Below are positions 1 through 10,423 of a DNA stretch of 64,000 bases, in pieces. Under the pieces are notes generated by a model that did not search any database, had not been told where the DNA came from, and saw only the letters and a list, made by a program, of their open reading frames with translations. The DNA comes from Oligoflexales bacterium (GTDB lineage Bacteria; Bdellovibrionota_B; Oligoflexia; Oligoflexales; Bog-1112): the NCBI GenBank assembly GCA_045106415.1, contig JBGCEP010000014.1:1-64000 (forward strand). The letters are read 5' to 3'. Every line of letters begins with the position of its first letter. Position 1 is the first letter of the stretch. The translations under genes were made by a program, and so were the position numbers.

Positions 1-209
1 TGCTTTGGCTTTGGCTTTGGCTTTGGCTTTGGCTTTGGCTTTGGCTTTGGCTTTGGCTTTGGCTTTGGCTTTGGTGTTGGTGTGGTTTTGGCTTTGACTT
101 CTGTGTTTTTTTTTATTTCATAAGGTTTTGGAGTGGTGAAAGACAGCGTTACGCCTAGCAATAAGTGAGCAAAGATAGATAGATAAAGAGCTATGGCTTT
201 GGCTGACAT
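1..209 (-). CDS. TonB/TolA-like energy transducer, N-terminal part (gene continues beyond the left edge)
   Basis: Manual translation from ATG 209: MSAKAIALYLSIFAHLLLGVTLSFTTPKPYEIKKNTEVKAKTTPTPKPKPKP...; single TM with SxxxH motif followed by Lys-Pro repeats; GGAGGA RBS at 213-218; C-terminal domain not in window. Confidence 0.7.
   Translation of the reverse strand, partial: MSAKAIALYLSIFAHLLLGVTLSFTTPKPYEIKKNTEVKAKTTPTPKPKPKPKPKPKPKPKPKPKPKPK
3..74. repeat. 12 perfect copies of CTTTGG encoding (Pro-Lys)n on the minus strand
   Basis: Read directly from sequence. Confidence 0.95.
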
Positions 210-235
210 AAATCCTCCAGAAGTAATCACACACG

Positions 236-263
236 TTATCGGTTTCTAGGTTGGTTTTCTTCA
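236..263 (-). promoter_or_regulatory. Putative sigma28 (FliA)-type promoter for the TonB-like gene
   Basis: TGAA-N16-ACCGATAA on minus strand versus consensus TAAA-N15-GCCGATAA. Confidence 0.5.
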
Positions 264-512
264 TATGAATCATTTAAAGATATTTAATATTAGATTGTTA
301 CATTTTAAGTTTCCCTTTTTTTGTATTTTGTCTTTTCTAAATTATGGACATAAGTTGTTGAAATTTGATCATACTCTTTGCGAGATAGAGAGAATCAGCT
401 ATGCTGACAAAGAGACGTCGTCAGTTCCATATTCAAGCCTTAAGAGTTTATAAAAAATCTTTTATGGGCAGTTCTGGCATCCGATTGCTAACTTTGAGCG
501 GGTGAGAAGCTT

Positions 513-1856
513 GTGATTCGTATCAAAAATGGTCTTAATATTCCTCTGCTTGGATCTCCAAGTTCTCAAGTGGATGAAGGCGCCAAAGTCCGCACAGTTG
601 CTGCGTTAGGAGTGGACTTTATTGGCATGAAACCAACGATGGCGGTGAATCCTGGGGATCAAGTCAAAATCGGGCAAAAACTTTTTGAATGCAAAAAGAA
701 CCCAGGTTTGATCTTTACTTCGCCAGCAGCTGGGACGGTGAAGTCAGTTAAACGAGGTGAAAAAAGAGCGTTTCAACTCATTGATATTGATGTTGCTGAA
801 ACAGAAGAACATGTAGAGTTTCAAAATTACAGTGGCAAGAATGTTTGTGACCTCGATGAAGCTCAAATCCGTGCGTTACTCATAGAGTCGGGTTTGTGGA
901 CTGCTTTTCGAAGTCGGCCTTTTGAAAAAACTGTATCCATCGATGGGACTACGGAAAGTATTTTTGTCACCGCTATGGATACCAATCCGCATGCTCCTGA
1001 TGCTTCTATTGTTCTGCAGGGCCGAGAATCAGATTTTGAGAGTGGGTTACAAGCTCTGGCGAAACTGTGCTCGAAAAAGGTTTTGGTTTGTCATGCTGGA
1101 AAAGTGTCGATTCCACAAATTGATAAAGTTGAAAATCATGTTTTTGATGGAGTGCATCCAGCTGGAAATGTTGGGACACATATTCATTACCTCGATCCTG
1201 TGAATCCGAGTAAGCATGTGTGGCATATCTCTTATCAAGATGTTGTCGCCGTAGGAAGCTTGATAACAACGGGCAAGCTTGATTTACAGCGTGTTGTCAC
1301 TTTGGCAGGTCCTCTTGTGAAAAATCCTCGTTATTTAAAGACAAGGCTTGGTGCTTGTCTTGATGATTTGACTCAAGGTGAGCTTGACGAATCATGTCCA
1401 GTAAGAGTGATCTCTGGATCTGTTTTGCATGGGCGTACAAGAGATGATGTCTTTAAATATTTAGGGCGTTACGCCACTCAAGTGAGTGCGGTAGAAGAAG
1501 ATCGAAAGCGAGAGTTTTTAGGTTGGCATACTCCGGGGTGGGATCGTTTTTCTGTAAAAAATATTTATCTTTCAAAGTTAAGATCGGGGCTGAGGTTCGC
1601 AATGACGAGTTCAACTCACGGTTCTCCTCGATCTCTTGTGCCTTTAGGAGCGTTTGAGAAAGTAACTGCTTTAGATATTTTACCCACGCAATTGTTGAGA
1701 GCTCTTTTGTCGAGAGATACAGAAAGTGCGCAGGACTTAGGGTGTTTAGAACTGGCAGAAGAAGATGTTGCTCTTTATACTTTTGTCTCGACAGGCAAAA
1801 CAGATTTTGGACCTGTGCTTCGAGAAAATTTGACTACTATTGAAAAGGAGGGCTAG
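513..1856 (+). CDS. nqrA: Na+-translocating NADH:quinone oxidoreductase subunit A
   Basis: MIRIKNGLNIPL start, HPAGNVG, ELAEED..L, C-terminal IEKEG; first gene of the operon. Confidence 0.97.
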   Translation: MIRIKNGLNIPLLGSPSSQVDEGAKVRTVAALGVDFIGMKPTMAVNPGDQVKIGQKLFECKKNPGLIFTSPAAGTVKSVKRGEKRAFQLIDIDVAETEEHVEFQNYSGKNVCDLDEAQIRALLIESGLWTAFRSRPFEKTVSIDGTTESIFVTAMDTNPHAPDASIVLQGRESDFESGLQALAKLCSKKVLVCHAGKVSIPQIDKVENHVFDGVHPAGNVGTHIHYLDPVNPSKHVWHISYQDVVAVGSLITTGKLDLQRVVTLAGPLVKNPRYLKTRLGACLDDLTQGELDESCPVRVISGSVLHGRTRDDVFKYLGRYATQVSAVEEDRKREFLGWHTPGWDRFSVKNIYLSKLRSGLRFAMTSSTHGSPRSLVPLGAFEKVTALDILPTQLLRALLSRDTESAQDLGCLELAEEDVALYTFVSTGKTDFGPVLRENLTTIEKEG

Positions 1857-3059
1857 ATGAAGGCTTTGCGGCAATTTTTAGATGCTCAGCATAAGCATTT
1901 CGTCAAAGGTGGAAAACTTGAAAAGTTATACCCTTTATATGAAGCTGCTGATACTTTTCTTTATACCCCAGGTGAAGTGACTCAAGGTTCTGTGCATGTT
2001 CGTGATGGCATTGACCTTAAAAGAGCTATGGTGACAGTTGCCATGGCTTTAGGGCCGTGCATTTTTATGGCGATGTATAACACAGGATTTCAAGCAATGG
2101 CTGCTATGGAGTCACTAGGCAATATGACTGTAGGGGGATGGCGCGGAGACCTTTTTCATGCTTTAGGTTTTCAGGTCGCTTCGAATAATTTTCTCTCTTC
2201 TGTGGTGTTAGGTGCTCTTTATTTTGTGCCGGTCTTTCTTGTTACCAATATTGTAGGTGGCATGTGGGAAGGGCTGTTTGCTTCTGTAAGAGGTCATGAA
2301 ATTAATGAAGGATTTCTTGTTACAGGCCTCTTGTTTCCTCTGACTCTTCCTCCGTCAATCCCACTATGGCAAGTTGCGTTGGGTGTTTCATTTGGTGTTG
2401 TCATAGGAAAAGAGATTTTTGGTGGAACAGGAAAAAACTTTTTGAATCCAGCTTTAACAGCTCGAGCATTTTTGTTTTTCGCCTACCCAGCACAGATATC
2501 TGGGAATGCTGTTTGGACAGCTGCTGATGGTTTTAGTGGCGCAACTCTTTTGGGACATGTTGCTGAACAAGGCATGAGTGAAATGCCTTATTCATGGCTC
2601 GATGCTTTCTATGGTTTTGTGCCTGGTTCTATGGGTGAAACATCTGCTTTGGCTTGTCTTTTAGGTGCAGGCTATCTTTGTCTGACAGGTATTGGTTCGT
2701 GGAGAATTATGCTGAGTATGACGATCTCAACAATTGGGTTTGCTGCTCTCCTTAATGGTATTGGAAGTACTACGAATTTTATGTTTGAAATGACTCCAGC
2801 ATGGCATTTAGTGGCTGGAGGCTATGCTTTTGGTTGTGTATTTATGGCAACTGACCCTGTGAGCGCTGCTATGACAAGGGTAGGGCAGTTTTTCTATGGA
2901 GCCTTGATTGGTTTTATGGTGATTTTAGTTCGAGTGATTAACCCTGCGTTTCCAGAGGGCGTGATGTTAGCAATACTTTTTGGCAATGTCTTTGCTCCAC
3001 TCATTGATTATTTCGTTGTGAATGCGAATATCAAAAGAAGGAAGGCTAAATATGCATAA
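1857..3059 (+). CDS. nqrB: Na+-NQR subunit B
   Basis: [33 protein letters not shown]-attachment motif, FMATDPVS. Confidence 0.97.
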   Translation: MKALRQFLDAQHKHFVKGGKLEKLYPLYEAADTFLYTPGEVTQGSVHVRDGIDLKRAMVTVAMALGPCIFMAMYNTGFQAMAAMESLGNMTVGGWRGDLFHALGFQVASNNFLSSVVLGALYFVPVFLVTNIVGGMWEGLFASVRGHEINEGFLVTGLLFPLTLPPSIPLWQVALGVSFGVVIGKEIFGGTGKNFLNPALTARAFLFFAYPAQISGNAVWTAADGFSGATLLGHVAEQGMSEMPYSWLDAFYGFVPGSMGETSALACLLGAGYLCLTGIGSWRIMLSMTISTIGFAALLNGIGSTTNFMFEMTPAWHLVAGGYAFGCVFMATDPVSAAMTRVGQFFYGALIGFMVILVRVINPAFPEGVMLAILFGNVFAPLIDYFVVNANIKRRKAKYA

Positions 3060-3834
3060 AGATAGTGTAATGGGAACTATCGGAGTTGCAGCACTGCTTT
3101 GTATTGCGTGTTCTCTGATGGTTTCAACAGCTGCTGTTGTTTTAAAAGAAAAACAAGATTTGAATAAGCAGTTGGATGTAAAGAAAAATATCCTTCTTGC
3201 AAGTGGGTTGCTAAAAAGCACAAAAGTTTCTGCTGAAGAGGTGCTTGAAGCGTATAAGTCAATTCAAGCAGAGGTTGTGAATTTAGAAACAGGTGAAGTT
3301 GTTTCTGACATGGCAGCAGAAGATTTTGATCAAAGAAAAGCAAGAAAAGATCCTAAAACAAATAAAATGATTCATTCTCAAATGGATACAGCTGGAATTA
3401 AAATCCGATCACGTTATTCGACTGTATATAAAGTAATGAAAGGTGATGAAGTGACGATGTTGATCTTGCCTGTAAATGGAAAGGGGCTGTGGTCGACATT
3501 GTATGGTTTTGTTGCTTTAAAGCCAGACACAACCACGTTGGCAGGTATTGGCTTTTATGAGCATGGAGAAACCCCTGGTTTGGGTGGTGAAGTTGATAAC
3601 CCATTGTGGAAAAATCAATGGAAAGGGAAAACTGCGCTAGATGAAGATTTTAACCCTGTCATTCAAGTGCAAAAGGGCCAGGTTTTGCCAGATGACCCGA
3701 AAGCTCATACGAAGGTAGACGGACTTTCAGGAGCAACGATTACTGCAAATGGTGTCACAGGTTTAGTGCAATACTGGCTGGGGCAAGACGGTTTTGGGCC
3801 GTATCTTAATCATTTTCGTGCATCTCGCTCTTGA
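3052..3834 (+). CDS. nqrC: Na+-NQR subunit C
   Basis: [31 protein letters not shown] site; ATG 3052 overlaps the nqrB stop. Confidence 0.96.
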   Translation: MHKDSVMGTIGVAALLCIACSLMVSTAAVVLKEKQDLNKQLDVKKNILLASGLLKSTKVSAEEVLEAYKSIQAEVVNLETGEVVSDMAAEDFDQRKARKDPKTNKMIHSQMDTAGIKIRSRYSTVYKVMKGDEVTMLILPVNGKGLWSTLYGFVALKPDTTTLAGIGFYEHGETPGLGGEVDNPLWKNQWKGKTALDEDFNPVIQVQKGQVLPDDPKAHTKVDGLSGATITANGVTGLVQYWLGQDGFGPYLNHFRASRS

Positions 3835-3846
3835 AAGGTTACAACA

Positions 3847-4467
3847 ATGAGCTCTATTAAAAGTGCTGTTTTTGATCCTTTGCTTAAAAACAACCCTATT
3901 GCCTTACAGATTTTAGGAATTTGTTCAGCTCTTGCTGTGACAACTAAAATGGATAAGGCGTTAGTGATGTGTTTAGCTGTGACAATCGTAACAGCTTGTT
4001 CTGGATTTTTTGTGAGTTTGATTCGCAATCATATTCCATCGAGTATCCGTATTATTGCGCAGATGACAATTATTGCTTCTTTAGTCATTGTGACAGATCA
4101 GGTTTTAAAAGCATTTGTTTATGATGTAGCAAAAGAGATGTCTGTATTCATTGGTTTGATTATCACAAACTGCATCGTAATGGGGAGAGCCGAAGGCTTT
4201 GCAATGAAAAATGGACCTATCCTCAGTTTCTTAGACGGATTAGGCAATGGCATCGGTTATAGTATCGTTCTAATTTTCGTTGCTTTTTTTAGAGAGCTTT
4301 TTGGTACAGGAAAACTTATGGGAGTGACAGTTCTAGCTCCTATAAATGAAGGTGGATGGTACCAGACCAACGGTTTGATGTTATTAGCGCCGAGTGCTTT
4401 CTTTTTAATTGGCTTCTTTATTTGGGGGCTAAGAACCTTGAAACCTGAACAAGTTGAAGAAGAATAG
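3847..4467 (+). CDS. nqrD: Na+-NQR subunit D
   Basis: [31 protein letters not shown]. Confidence 0.97.
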   Translation: MSSIKSAVFDPLLKNNPIALQILGICSALAVTTKMDKALVMCLAVTIVTACSGFFVSLIRNHIPSSIRIIAQMTIIASLVIVTDQVLKAFVYDVAKEMSVFIGLIITNCIVMGRAEGFAMKNGPILSFLDGLGNGIGYSIVLIFVAFFRELFGTGKLMGVTVLAPINEGGWYQTNGLMLLAPSAFFLIGFFIWGLRTLKPEQVEEE

Positions 4468-4475
4468 GAGTTTTT

Positions 4476-5087
4476 ATGTTGGAGCATTATCTTAGTCTTC
4501 TGGTGAAGTCTATTTTTATAGAAAATTTAGCTTTAGCTTTTTTTCTAGGTATGTGTACGTTTTTGGCTGTTTCTAAGAAAGTATCAACAGCAATTGGTCT
4601 TGGTATTGCTGTTATTGTTGTGCAAACCGTGACCATACCTGTAAATAACTTACTGTATCGATACCTTCTTCAGGAAAATGCACTGAGTTGGGCGGGGCTT
4701 GAAGGCTATGATTTAAGTTTTCTTGGGTTAATTTGTTATATCGGTGTGATTGCCGCTATGGTGCAAATCTTAGAAATGACATTGGATAGATATTTTCCAG
4801 CTCTTTATAATGCTCTTGGAATTTTTCTTCCTCTTATAACTGTGAACTGCGCTATTTTAGGTGGTTCTTTGTTCATGGTGGAAAGGGATTATAATTTCAC
4901 AGAATCTGTCGTCTTCGGGTTTGGGTCTGGTACGGGTTGGGCTTTAGCTATTATGGCGTTGTCCGGGATTATTGAAAAGCTTAAGTATTCTGACTCACCA
5001 AAAGGTCTACGAGGACTTGGGATGACATTTATGGTCGTTGGTTTGATGTCTTTAGGTTTTCTCGCTTTTTCTGGTATCCAGCTGTAA
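4476..5087 (+). CDS. nqrE: Na+-NQR subunit E
   Basis: [27 protein letters not shown], ends FSGIQL. Confidence 0.97.
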   Translation: MLEHYLSLLVKSIFIENLALAFFLGMCTFLAVSKKVSTAIGLGIAVIVVQTVTIPVNNLLYRYLLQENALSWAGLEGYDLSFLGLICYIGVIAAMVQILEMTLDRYFPALYNALGIFLPLITVNCAILGGSLFMVERDYNFTESVVFGFGSGTGWALAIMALSGIIEKLKYSDSPKGLRGLGMTFMVVGLMSLGFLAFSGIQL

Positions 5088-5129
5088 TTTTACAAAACAA
5101 ATGAATAGACCATCTATGTTGGGGGTTTC

Positions 5130-6353
5130 ATGGAACAGATTCTAATCAGTGTCGGAATGTTCACAGGTGTGATTGTTACGCTGGTTTGTATCATTCTTTT
5201 TGCAAAGTCAAAGCTTGTGGCTTCGGGTGATGTTTGTATTAGCATCAATGGTGAAAAAGATATTAAAGTCCCTGCAGGTGGGAAGCTTTTAAATGTATTG
5301 GCTGATCATAAGCTGTTTGTTTCGAGCGCTTGTGGTGGTGGTGGGACGTGTGCTCAGTGTAAGGTTAAAATTTTTGAGGGTGGTGGAGATATCCTTGAAA
5401 CGGAAACCTCGCATATTACAAAAAGAGAGGCCCGTGAGGGGGAACGATTATCATGCCAGGTTGCTGTTAAACAGAACATGAAAATTGAAATCCCTGAAGA
5501 AGTCTTCGGTGTGAAAAAATGGACATGTACAGTGCGTTCCAATGAAAACGTAGCTACTTTCATCAAAGAGCTTGTGCTGGAGCTTCCTAAAGGGGAACAT
5601 GTACCGTTTCGAGCTGGTGGTTTTATACAAATTGAACGTCCAGCTAATCTTGATATTGATTTCAAGAATTTTGATGTTGAACAAGAATACCGAGAAGATT
5701 GGGATAAATTTAATTTATGGCAATACCGTTCAAAAGTGAATGAAGAAACGATACGCGCTTATTCGATGGCGAATTACCCAGAAGAAGAAGGCATTATTAT
5801 GCTGAATGTTCGTATTGCAACTCCACCGCCGCAGGTGAAAACTGCGCCTCCAGGAATCATGTCTTCTTATATCTTTGATTTAAAGCCAGGAGATCCCGTT
5901 GTGATTTCTGGGCCTTTTGGTGAGTTTTTTGCTCGTGATACAGAAAAAGAAATGATCTTTATCGGAGGGGGTGCAGGAATGGCTCCGATGAGATCTCATA
6001 TTTTCGATCAATTTCGTCGCATTAAAACAAACCGTAAAACAACATTCTGGTATGGAGCTCGTTCTAAGCGTGAGATGTTCTATGTTGAGGACTTTGAAGC
6101 TATTCAAAAAGAAAACGAGAACTTTACATGGCATTGTGCTTTGTCAGACCCTTTGCCTGAAGAGAACTGGGATGGTTATAAAGGATTTATTCACCAAGTT
6201 TTATACGATGAATACTTAAAAGATCATCCAAATCCAGAAGATTGTGAATACTATCTTTGTGGGCCTCCAATGATGAATCAATGTGTGATTGATATGCTGG
6301 TTGGTATCGGAGTCGAGCGAGACGATATTATGCTTGATGACTTCGGTGGCTGA
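5130..6353 (+). CDS. nqrF: Na+-NQR subunit F
   Basis: 2Fe-2S motif [12 protein letters not shown]...[24 protein letters not shown], ends LDDFGG. Confidence 0.98.
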   Translation: MEQILISVGMFTGVIVTLVCIILFAKSKLVASGDVCISINGEKDIKVPAGGKLLNVLADHKLFVSSACGGGGTCAQCKVKIFEGGGDILETETSHITKREAREGERLSCQVAVKQNMKIEIPEEVFGVKKWTCTVRSNENVATFIKELVLELPKGEHVPFRAGGFIQIERPANLDIDFKNFDVEQEYREDWDKFNLWQYRSKVNEETIRAYSMANYPEEEGIIMLNVRIATPPPQVKTAPPGIMSSYIFDLKPGDPVVISGPFGEFFARDTEKEMIFIGGGAGMAPMRSHIFDQFRRIKTNRKTTFWYGARSKREMFYVEDFEAIQKENENFTWHCALSDPLPEENWDGYKGFIHQVLYDEYLKDHPNPEDCEYYLCGPPMMNQCVIDMLVGIGVERDDIMLDDFGG

Positions 6354-6380
6354 TTACTAAATTTTACTTGATAGTGATTT

Positions 6381-6417
6381 AAAAAAACTCTGACCGTTTA
6401 TCCGGTCAGAGTTTTTT
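6381..6417. terminator. Intrinsic terminator after nqrF (possibly bidirectional)
   Basis: AAAAAAACTCTGACCG-tttatc-CGGTCAGAGTTTTTT. Confidence 0.85.
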
Positions 6418-6468
6418 AATATATGCTATCTTGAAAATTTAGATCCTACAGGGGAAAAGAGAGCAGGT

Positions 6469-7473
6469 ATGAAATGGGTTGTTTTTTTATCTTTTGTTTT
6501 TAATCTTTCTTGTAGTAGGCCTCAAAAGATAAAGGTGATCTCTATCACAGGAGGCACTATGGGAACATATTATTCAGTGAAATATGTTCCAGATCAAAAA
6601 CTTTTGAGTGTCAATGAAGTACAAGGGGTTGTTGAACACGTCTTGGAAGTTGCAAATCAACAAATGTCGACATATCGCCCGGAATCTGAGATATCGAAAT
6701 GGAATCAAAGTGCTCATGGAGGAAAAGTATCTCCATGGTTTTTTCAAGTAGCTTCTTTCTCACTCTTGTTAGCAGAGAAAACACATGGTGTATTTGATCC
6801 TACAGTGGCACCTTTTGTAAATGCCTGGGGATTTGGTCCTGATGAAAGAACTCAAGAACCATCAGATAAGTCTTTGAAGAGAACTCTGCAAAAAACAGGC
6901 TATAAAAATATTATCGTGGATGAAAAAACGAGAACTCTTATTAAAAAACAACCAGAAGTTCAATTGGACTTATCATCAACAGCAAAAGGGTCTGCTGTTG
7001 ATAAAGTATCTGAGGCTTTAATGTTTTTGGGTCTTGTAAATCATTTTGTTGATGTAGGTGGAGAAATTAAGGCTGCAGGTGTTAAGCTTCAAGGCCAAAA
7101 ATGGGTTGTAGGAATTGAAAAAGCAAACGGAGATAAACAAGTTCAACTCAGCTTGCCTTTGGAATCTAAGGCTATTGCTACGTCGGGAAATTATCGAAAT
7201 TTTTATGAAAATTCTCAAGGTGAGATTCGGCATCATACAATTCACCCTAAAACAGGAAAACCTATTGAAAGCGTTTTTACTTCTGTTTCTGTTGTCTCAG
7301 ATACTTGTATGGAAGCAGATGGGTTAGCTACAGCTTTTATGGTCATGAGTGAGAGTGAAGCCCAAGAATATATAGAAAAACATCATGTTATTGTTTTTTT
7401 AGTGTATAAAAATATGAAGAACAAAATTCTAGCGTCGGCGGGTTTCAAAAAATTCTATGGGAAAGCACTATGA
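6469..7473 (+). CDS. apbE: FAD:protein FMN transferase (lipoprotein)
   Basis: Lipobox LSC, GGTMGTYY, FDPTV, DLSSTAKG, ATSGNY, ADGLATA; downstream of nqr. Confidence 0.93.
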   Translation: MKWVVFLSFVFNLSCSRPQKIKVISITGGTMGTYYSVKYVPDQKLLSVNEVQGVVEHVLEVANQQMSTYRPESEISKWNQSAHGGKVSPWFFQVASFSLLLAEKTHGVFDPTVAPFVNAWGFGPDERTQEPSDKSLKRTLQKTGYKNIIVDEKTRTLIKKQPEVQLDLSSTAKGSAVDKVSEALMFLGLVNHFVDVGGEIKAAGVKLQGQKWVVGIEKANGDKQVQLSLPLESKAIATSGNYRNFYENSQGEIRHHTIHPKTGKPIESVFTSVSVVSDTCMEADGLATAFMVMSESEAQEYIEKHHVIVFLVYKNMKNKILASAGFKKFYGKAL

Positions 7474-7661
7474 ATTATTTTTTTCTTTCAATGATCATTA
7501 TTGGTGTCGCCATTCTGGGAATGTCTCTTGGTGTTATCTTTCAAAAAAAGCCTTTAAAAGGTTCATGTGGTGGTCTTAATAAAGTCATGGGTGATGACTG
7601 TGATTTTTGTGATGAAGAAAAAAAGAAAGAATGCCACTCTAGATATAAAGATAAAAAATAA
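7470..7661 (+). CDS. nqrM: Na+-NQR maturation protein NqrM (DUF539)
   Basis: TM helix then LKGSCGGL...CDFC...C; ATGA overlap with apbE. Confidence 0.88.
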   Translation: MNYFFLSMIIIGVAILGMSLGVIFQKKPLKGSCGGLNKVMGDDCDFCDEEKKKECHSRYKDKK

Positions 7662-7717
7662 AATCAGCGCTGAAGATTAAACATAAAAGTAGTGTCTCAT
7701 GTGATGCGTATTTTAAT

Positions 7718-8992
7718 TGTTTTGGCCTCTAAATGGCTAGGCATCTCAGTTCATAAATTTTCTATATTCAAAAGAATTTTTTCATTCCCAACCCTGAATG
7801 TGGAGCATTTTCATGATAATCGCGATATCACTGAGGAAGTAGCTGAAGAACAGTGCCTGCGTCATATCAGTCAGAAGTGTATTATGCATAATCACGCTTA
7901 GATGTAGTAGCGATGAAAGTTTCAGACATACATTAGATTCAAGGATGTACGTTGCCGTGAAACAGCTTGTTAGATTTAATTGAGTCCTAATTTTACTGTC
8001 TCTAAAGCTTTATAGATTGAATCTTTATCGGATAAAAATTGAATTTATCATAAGTGTGAAAGCGATGTTCAACGCCCCTTAGCATGAGTTCTTGGATATC
8101 GAGAGCTCGCATAGGCGCTTTTCTTGCCACATACGGGAGGCATTTTTTATCGTGACCATCTAAAACGAATGTAACGTAGACTTTTTCTCCGTTAAAATAC
8201 TTAATTTCATAGGCGTCAGAGCATCAACATGTATTTGAGTGTAGCGTGACAATCTAACCTATCTTTGGATGGGTTCTGCGTGGGAGTGAGGATTTTTTAA
8301 TCAATAAGCCGTTGATGTCTATAATGCAATAGATGCGTTTTTTATTAAGCTACCTCATATCTTACTCTAGATGCTTCTTACACTCAGCACCTTTGTTGCA
8401 TTTTTATACCTAGCCTTGATGATGTTGTTTACCTCGTTAAGAATCGATTCATTTTCTGTTTTTTAATAATGTTTCATACGACCTCCTGGTGTGTTCCAGT
8501 AAATCGCATCTTCCGATATTTTGAAGATGCTGCATATTTTCTTCTTACTCATTTTTATTCTTTAATTTTTTTAACGACTTCTTTTACTGTTTAACATCTT
8601 CTTTTACTGTTTAACATCTTCTTGCGGTGTTTTTTATAGATTTCCTTTGCAGTTTCAAGAATCATTTTGTCCACAATCAAGTCTCTAACATCTTTTTTAA
8701 GTGATTGTTTTCTTCTTTTAACTTATCAAGTTCGTTTAGATTATTTTGATAATCTATCATTTTTTGAGTTGCTCTTTACTTATCATTCTCTTCCATTTGT
8801 AGATTGTTATGGGGTGTATACCATGTTTTCTTGCTAGGTCAGAATGAGCTAGAAGACTAGAGTTAAGCTCTTCTAAGGTTTCTTGTTTTTGACGGTTTGA
8901 GAAATATCCTCTCTTTTATCTTGTCTGATCTGGGTCTATTTGGGCTTCCCCTCGTTATTGGAGGTGTCTAGGTCAAATGGGGGCCATGTTCA
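7718..8992 (-). mobile_element. Degenerate IS3-family (IS2-group) insertion sequence with pseudogenised orfA and orfB
   Basis: Minus-strand fragments DLARKHGIHPITIYKWKR (orfA HTH) and CSDAYEIKYFNGEKVYVTFVLDGHD, FLSDKDSIYKA, YHENAPHSGLG (orfB DDE/rve core) broken by stops and frameshifts; imperfect terminal IRs TGTTTTGGCCTCTAAATGGCTAGGCATCTC and TGAACATGGCCCCCATTTGACCTAGACACCTC; 1275 bp. Confidence 0.88.
8581..8620. repeat. 20-bp perfect tandem duplication inside the IS
   Basis: CTTTTACTGTTTAACATCTT x2. Confidence 0.95.
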
Positions 8993-9152
8993 AAGGTTAG
9001 TTTTATTTTCTAATTTCTTATTGTTGATTTTTTGAAAAACCGGAAGATTGAAGAGCGATACGGAGTTTATAGGAAAAAGGTGCCGGTCCTATTTTGCATA
9101 AGCCGTTGTTACCATAGTCAGTGGACGTTTAGATGAATGATATGAGCTAGTG

Positions 9153-9179
9153 TAAAGTTTCTTAAAAAAGCTCCGATCA
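9153..9179 (+). promoter_or_regulatory. Putative sigma28-type promoter
   Basis: TAAA-N15-TCCGATCA upstream of the 9230 gene. Confidence 0.6.
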
Positions 9180-9229
9180 ATCTGGTATAGCATCGTTCAA
9201 AATTTATGTGGCAATCGGGAGCTCGCGCT

Positions 9230-10300
9230 ATGAATCAACCTGGAGATCCAAACTTCGATCAAGGTTCTCAAACAAACCCTTTTACAGCAGACTTAAAGGG
9301 TGAGTTTGGTAGTAATTTTGGGACTGGCACAAATGCAGTGTCTCAAATTTTTAAGGAAGGTGGCTTTGCTGGAGACCAACGTACAAAAACCTTGTTAGGG
9401 GTTGGTGCTGTTGTGTTGGTGGCTGCGGTTGCCTACTTCGTTATGGGTACCGGTGGGGAGGATCCCTATGGAGCCTATGTTGAAGATGAAGAGTTAAGTG
9501 ATGCAGGCTTTCCTGAAGAAGATGATGATTTTGATGATGGTGGCAATAATGCCATGGATGAAAAAGACAAGAAAGATGACGTTGCAGCTTCTCAAAAAGA
9601 TGGTGAAAACTCACTGGAAGATAACTCAAATGATTTCGACAACGACTTTGATAACAGCAATAATTTTTCAAATGAAAATTATAATGCAGAGCCATCTGCA
9701 ACAGCTGTAAGTTCAGCCCCTAGGTTGAGTTCAAGGCCATCTGTATCTTCTTTGGGAACCTCGGCGCCTGTGCTTATGGCTCCTGCAGATGGTTTAATGA
9801 GAACGTATGATGATGCAATGTCACACCCAGAATTCACGTGGTCTGGTGGGGGAGGCCGTATTGCTTTTTCTCGGTCGGCGGATATGAGTGTGATTGAGGT
9901 AGAAGAGAGAGTGAGAGAATCTTCCCATCAATCACGTCAACTCTCTCCAGGTCAATGGTATTGGCGAGTTGAAAATCGTTTTGGTGTCAGTGATATACGC
10001 TCATTTACGATTTTGCCTCCTATGATACGTAATACTGTTCTCTCTCAACCTCAAGAGGGTGGATCTTTAGCTGGTAATGGTGGTGTGGTTCAATGGACAG
10101 GGTCGTCGCGAGTTGCTTATTATAGAGTCGAATTAAGCTCTGGCAGTTGGGCGAACCCTCAATATCGTTTTTCAACAGCAGGAACTCAGCTTGGTGTTGA
10201 AGGAATCCAGCCTGGGCAATATCAGCTAAGAGTTGGTGCTTTTTCTGAAGTATCAGGTCGCTTCGAGTATACAGCACCAATTCAAGTCTCTGTTGAATAA
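9230..10300 (+). CDS. Membrane-anchored hypothetical protein: one TM, acidic Asp/Asn linker, two beta-sandwich (FN3/Ig-like) domains
   Basis: TM LLGVGAVVLVAAVAYFVM; GQWYWRVE and YRVELS...GQYQLRVGA patterns; GGAG before ATG 9230. Confidence 0.6.
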   Translation: MNQPGDPNFDQGSQTNPFTADLKGEFGSNFGTGTNAVSQIFKEGGFAGDQRTKTLLGVGAVVLVAAVAYFVMGTGGEDPYGAYVEDEELSDAGFPEEDDDFDDGGNNAMDEKDKKDDVAASQKDGENSLEDNSNDFDNDFDNSNNFSNENYNAEPSATAVSSAPRLSSRPSVSSLGTSAPVLMAPADGLMRTYDDAMSHPEFTWSGGGGRIAFSRSADMSVIEVEERVRESSHQSRQLSPGQWYWRVENRFGVSDIRSFTILPPMIRNTVLSQPQEGGSLAGNGGVVQWTGSSRVAYYRVELSSGSWANPQYRFSTAGTQLGVEGIQPGQYQLRVGAFSEVSGRFEYTAPIQVSVE

Positions 10301-10328
10301 ATATGATTTAAATAAAAACTTTGAGATC

Positions 10329-10357
10329 AGCTCCTTCATCTTGAGGGAGCTTTTTTT
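10329..10357 (+). terminator. Intrinsic terminator
   Basis: AGCTCCTTCA-tct-TGAGGGAGCT followed by a T-run. Confidence 0.8.
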
Positions 10358-10423
10358 GATTGTTCCTTGATCTTGCGTGTGAGTTCTTTTAACTTCGAGA
10401 TCTATTCGATAAATGAGGTCATC

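Noticed and set aside
265..453. 62-aa ORF upstream of nqrA
   Set aside because: Lies in the AT-rich divergent promoter region; no RBS or motif
474..490. Sigma54-like CTGGCATCCGATTGCT before nqrA
   Set aside because: GG-to-GC spacing is 9 nt; sigma54 requires 10
7692..7901. 69-aa plus-strand ORF
   Set aside because: Antisense to the decayed IS orfB end
8581..8620. Direct repeat as a possible CRISPR remnant
   Set aside because: Two abutting copies, no spacer, no cas genes, inside an IS
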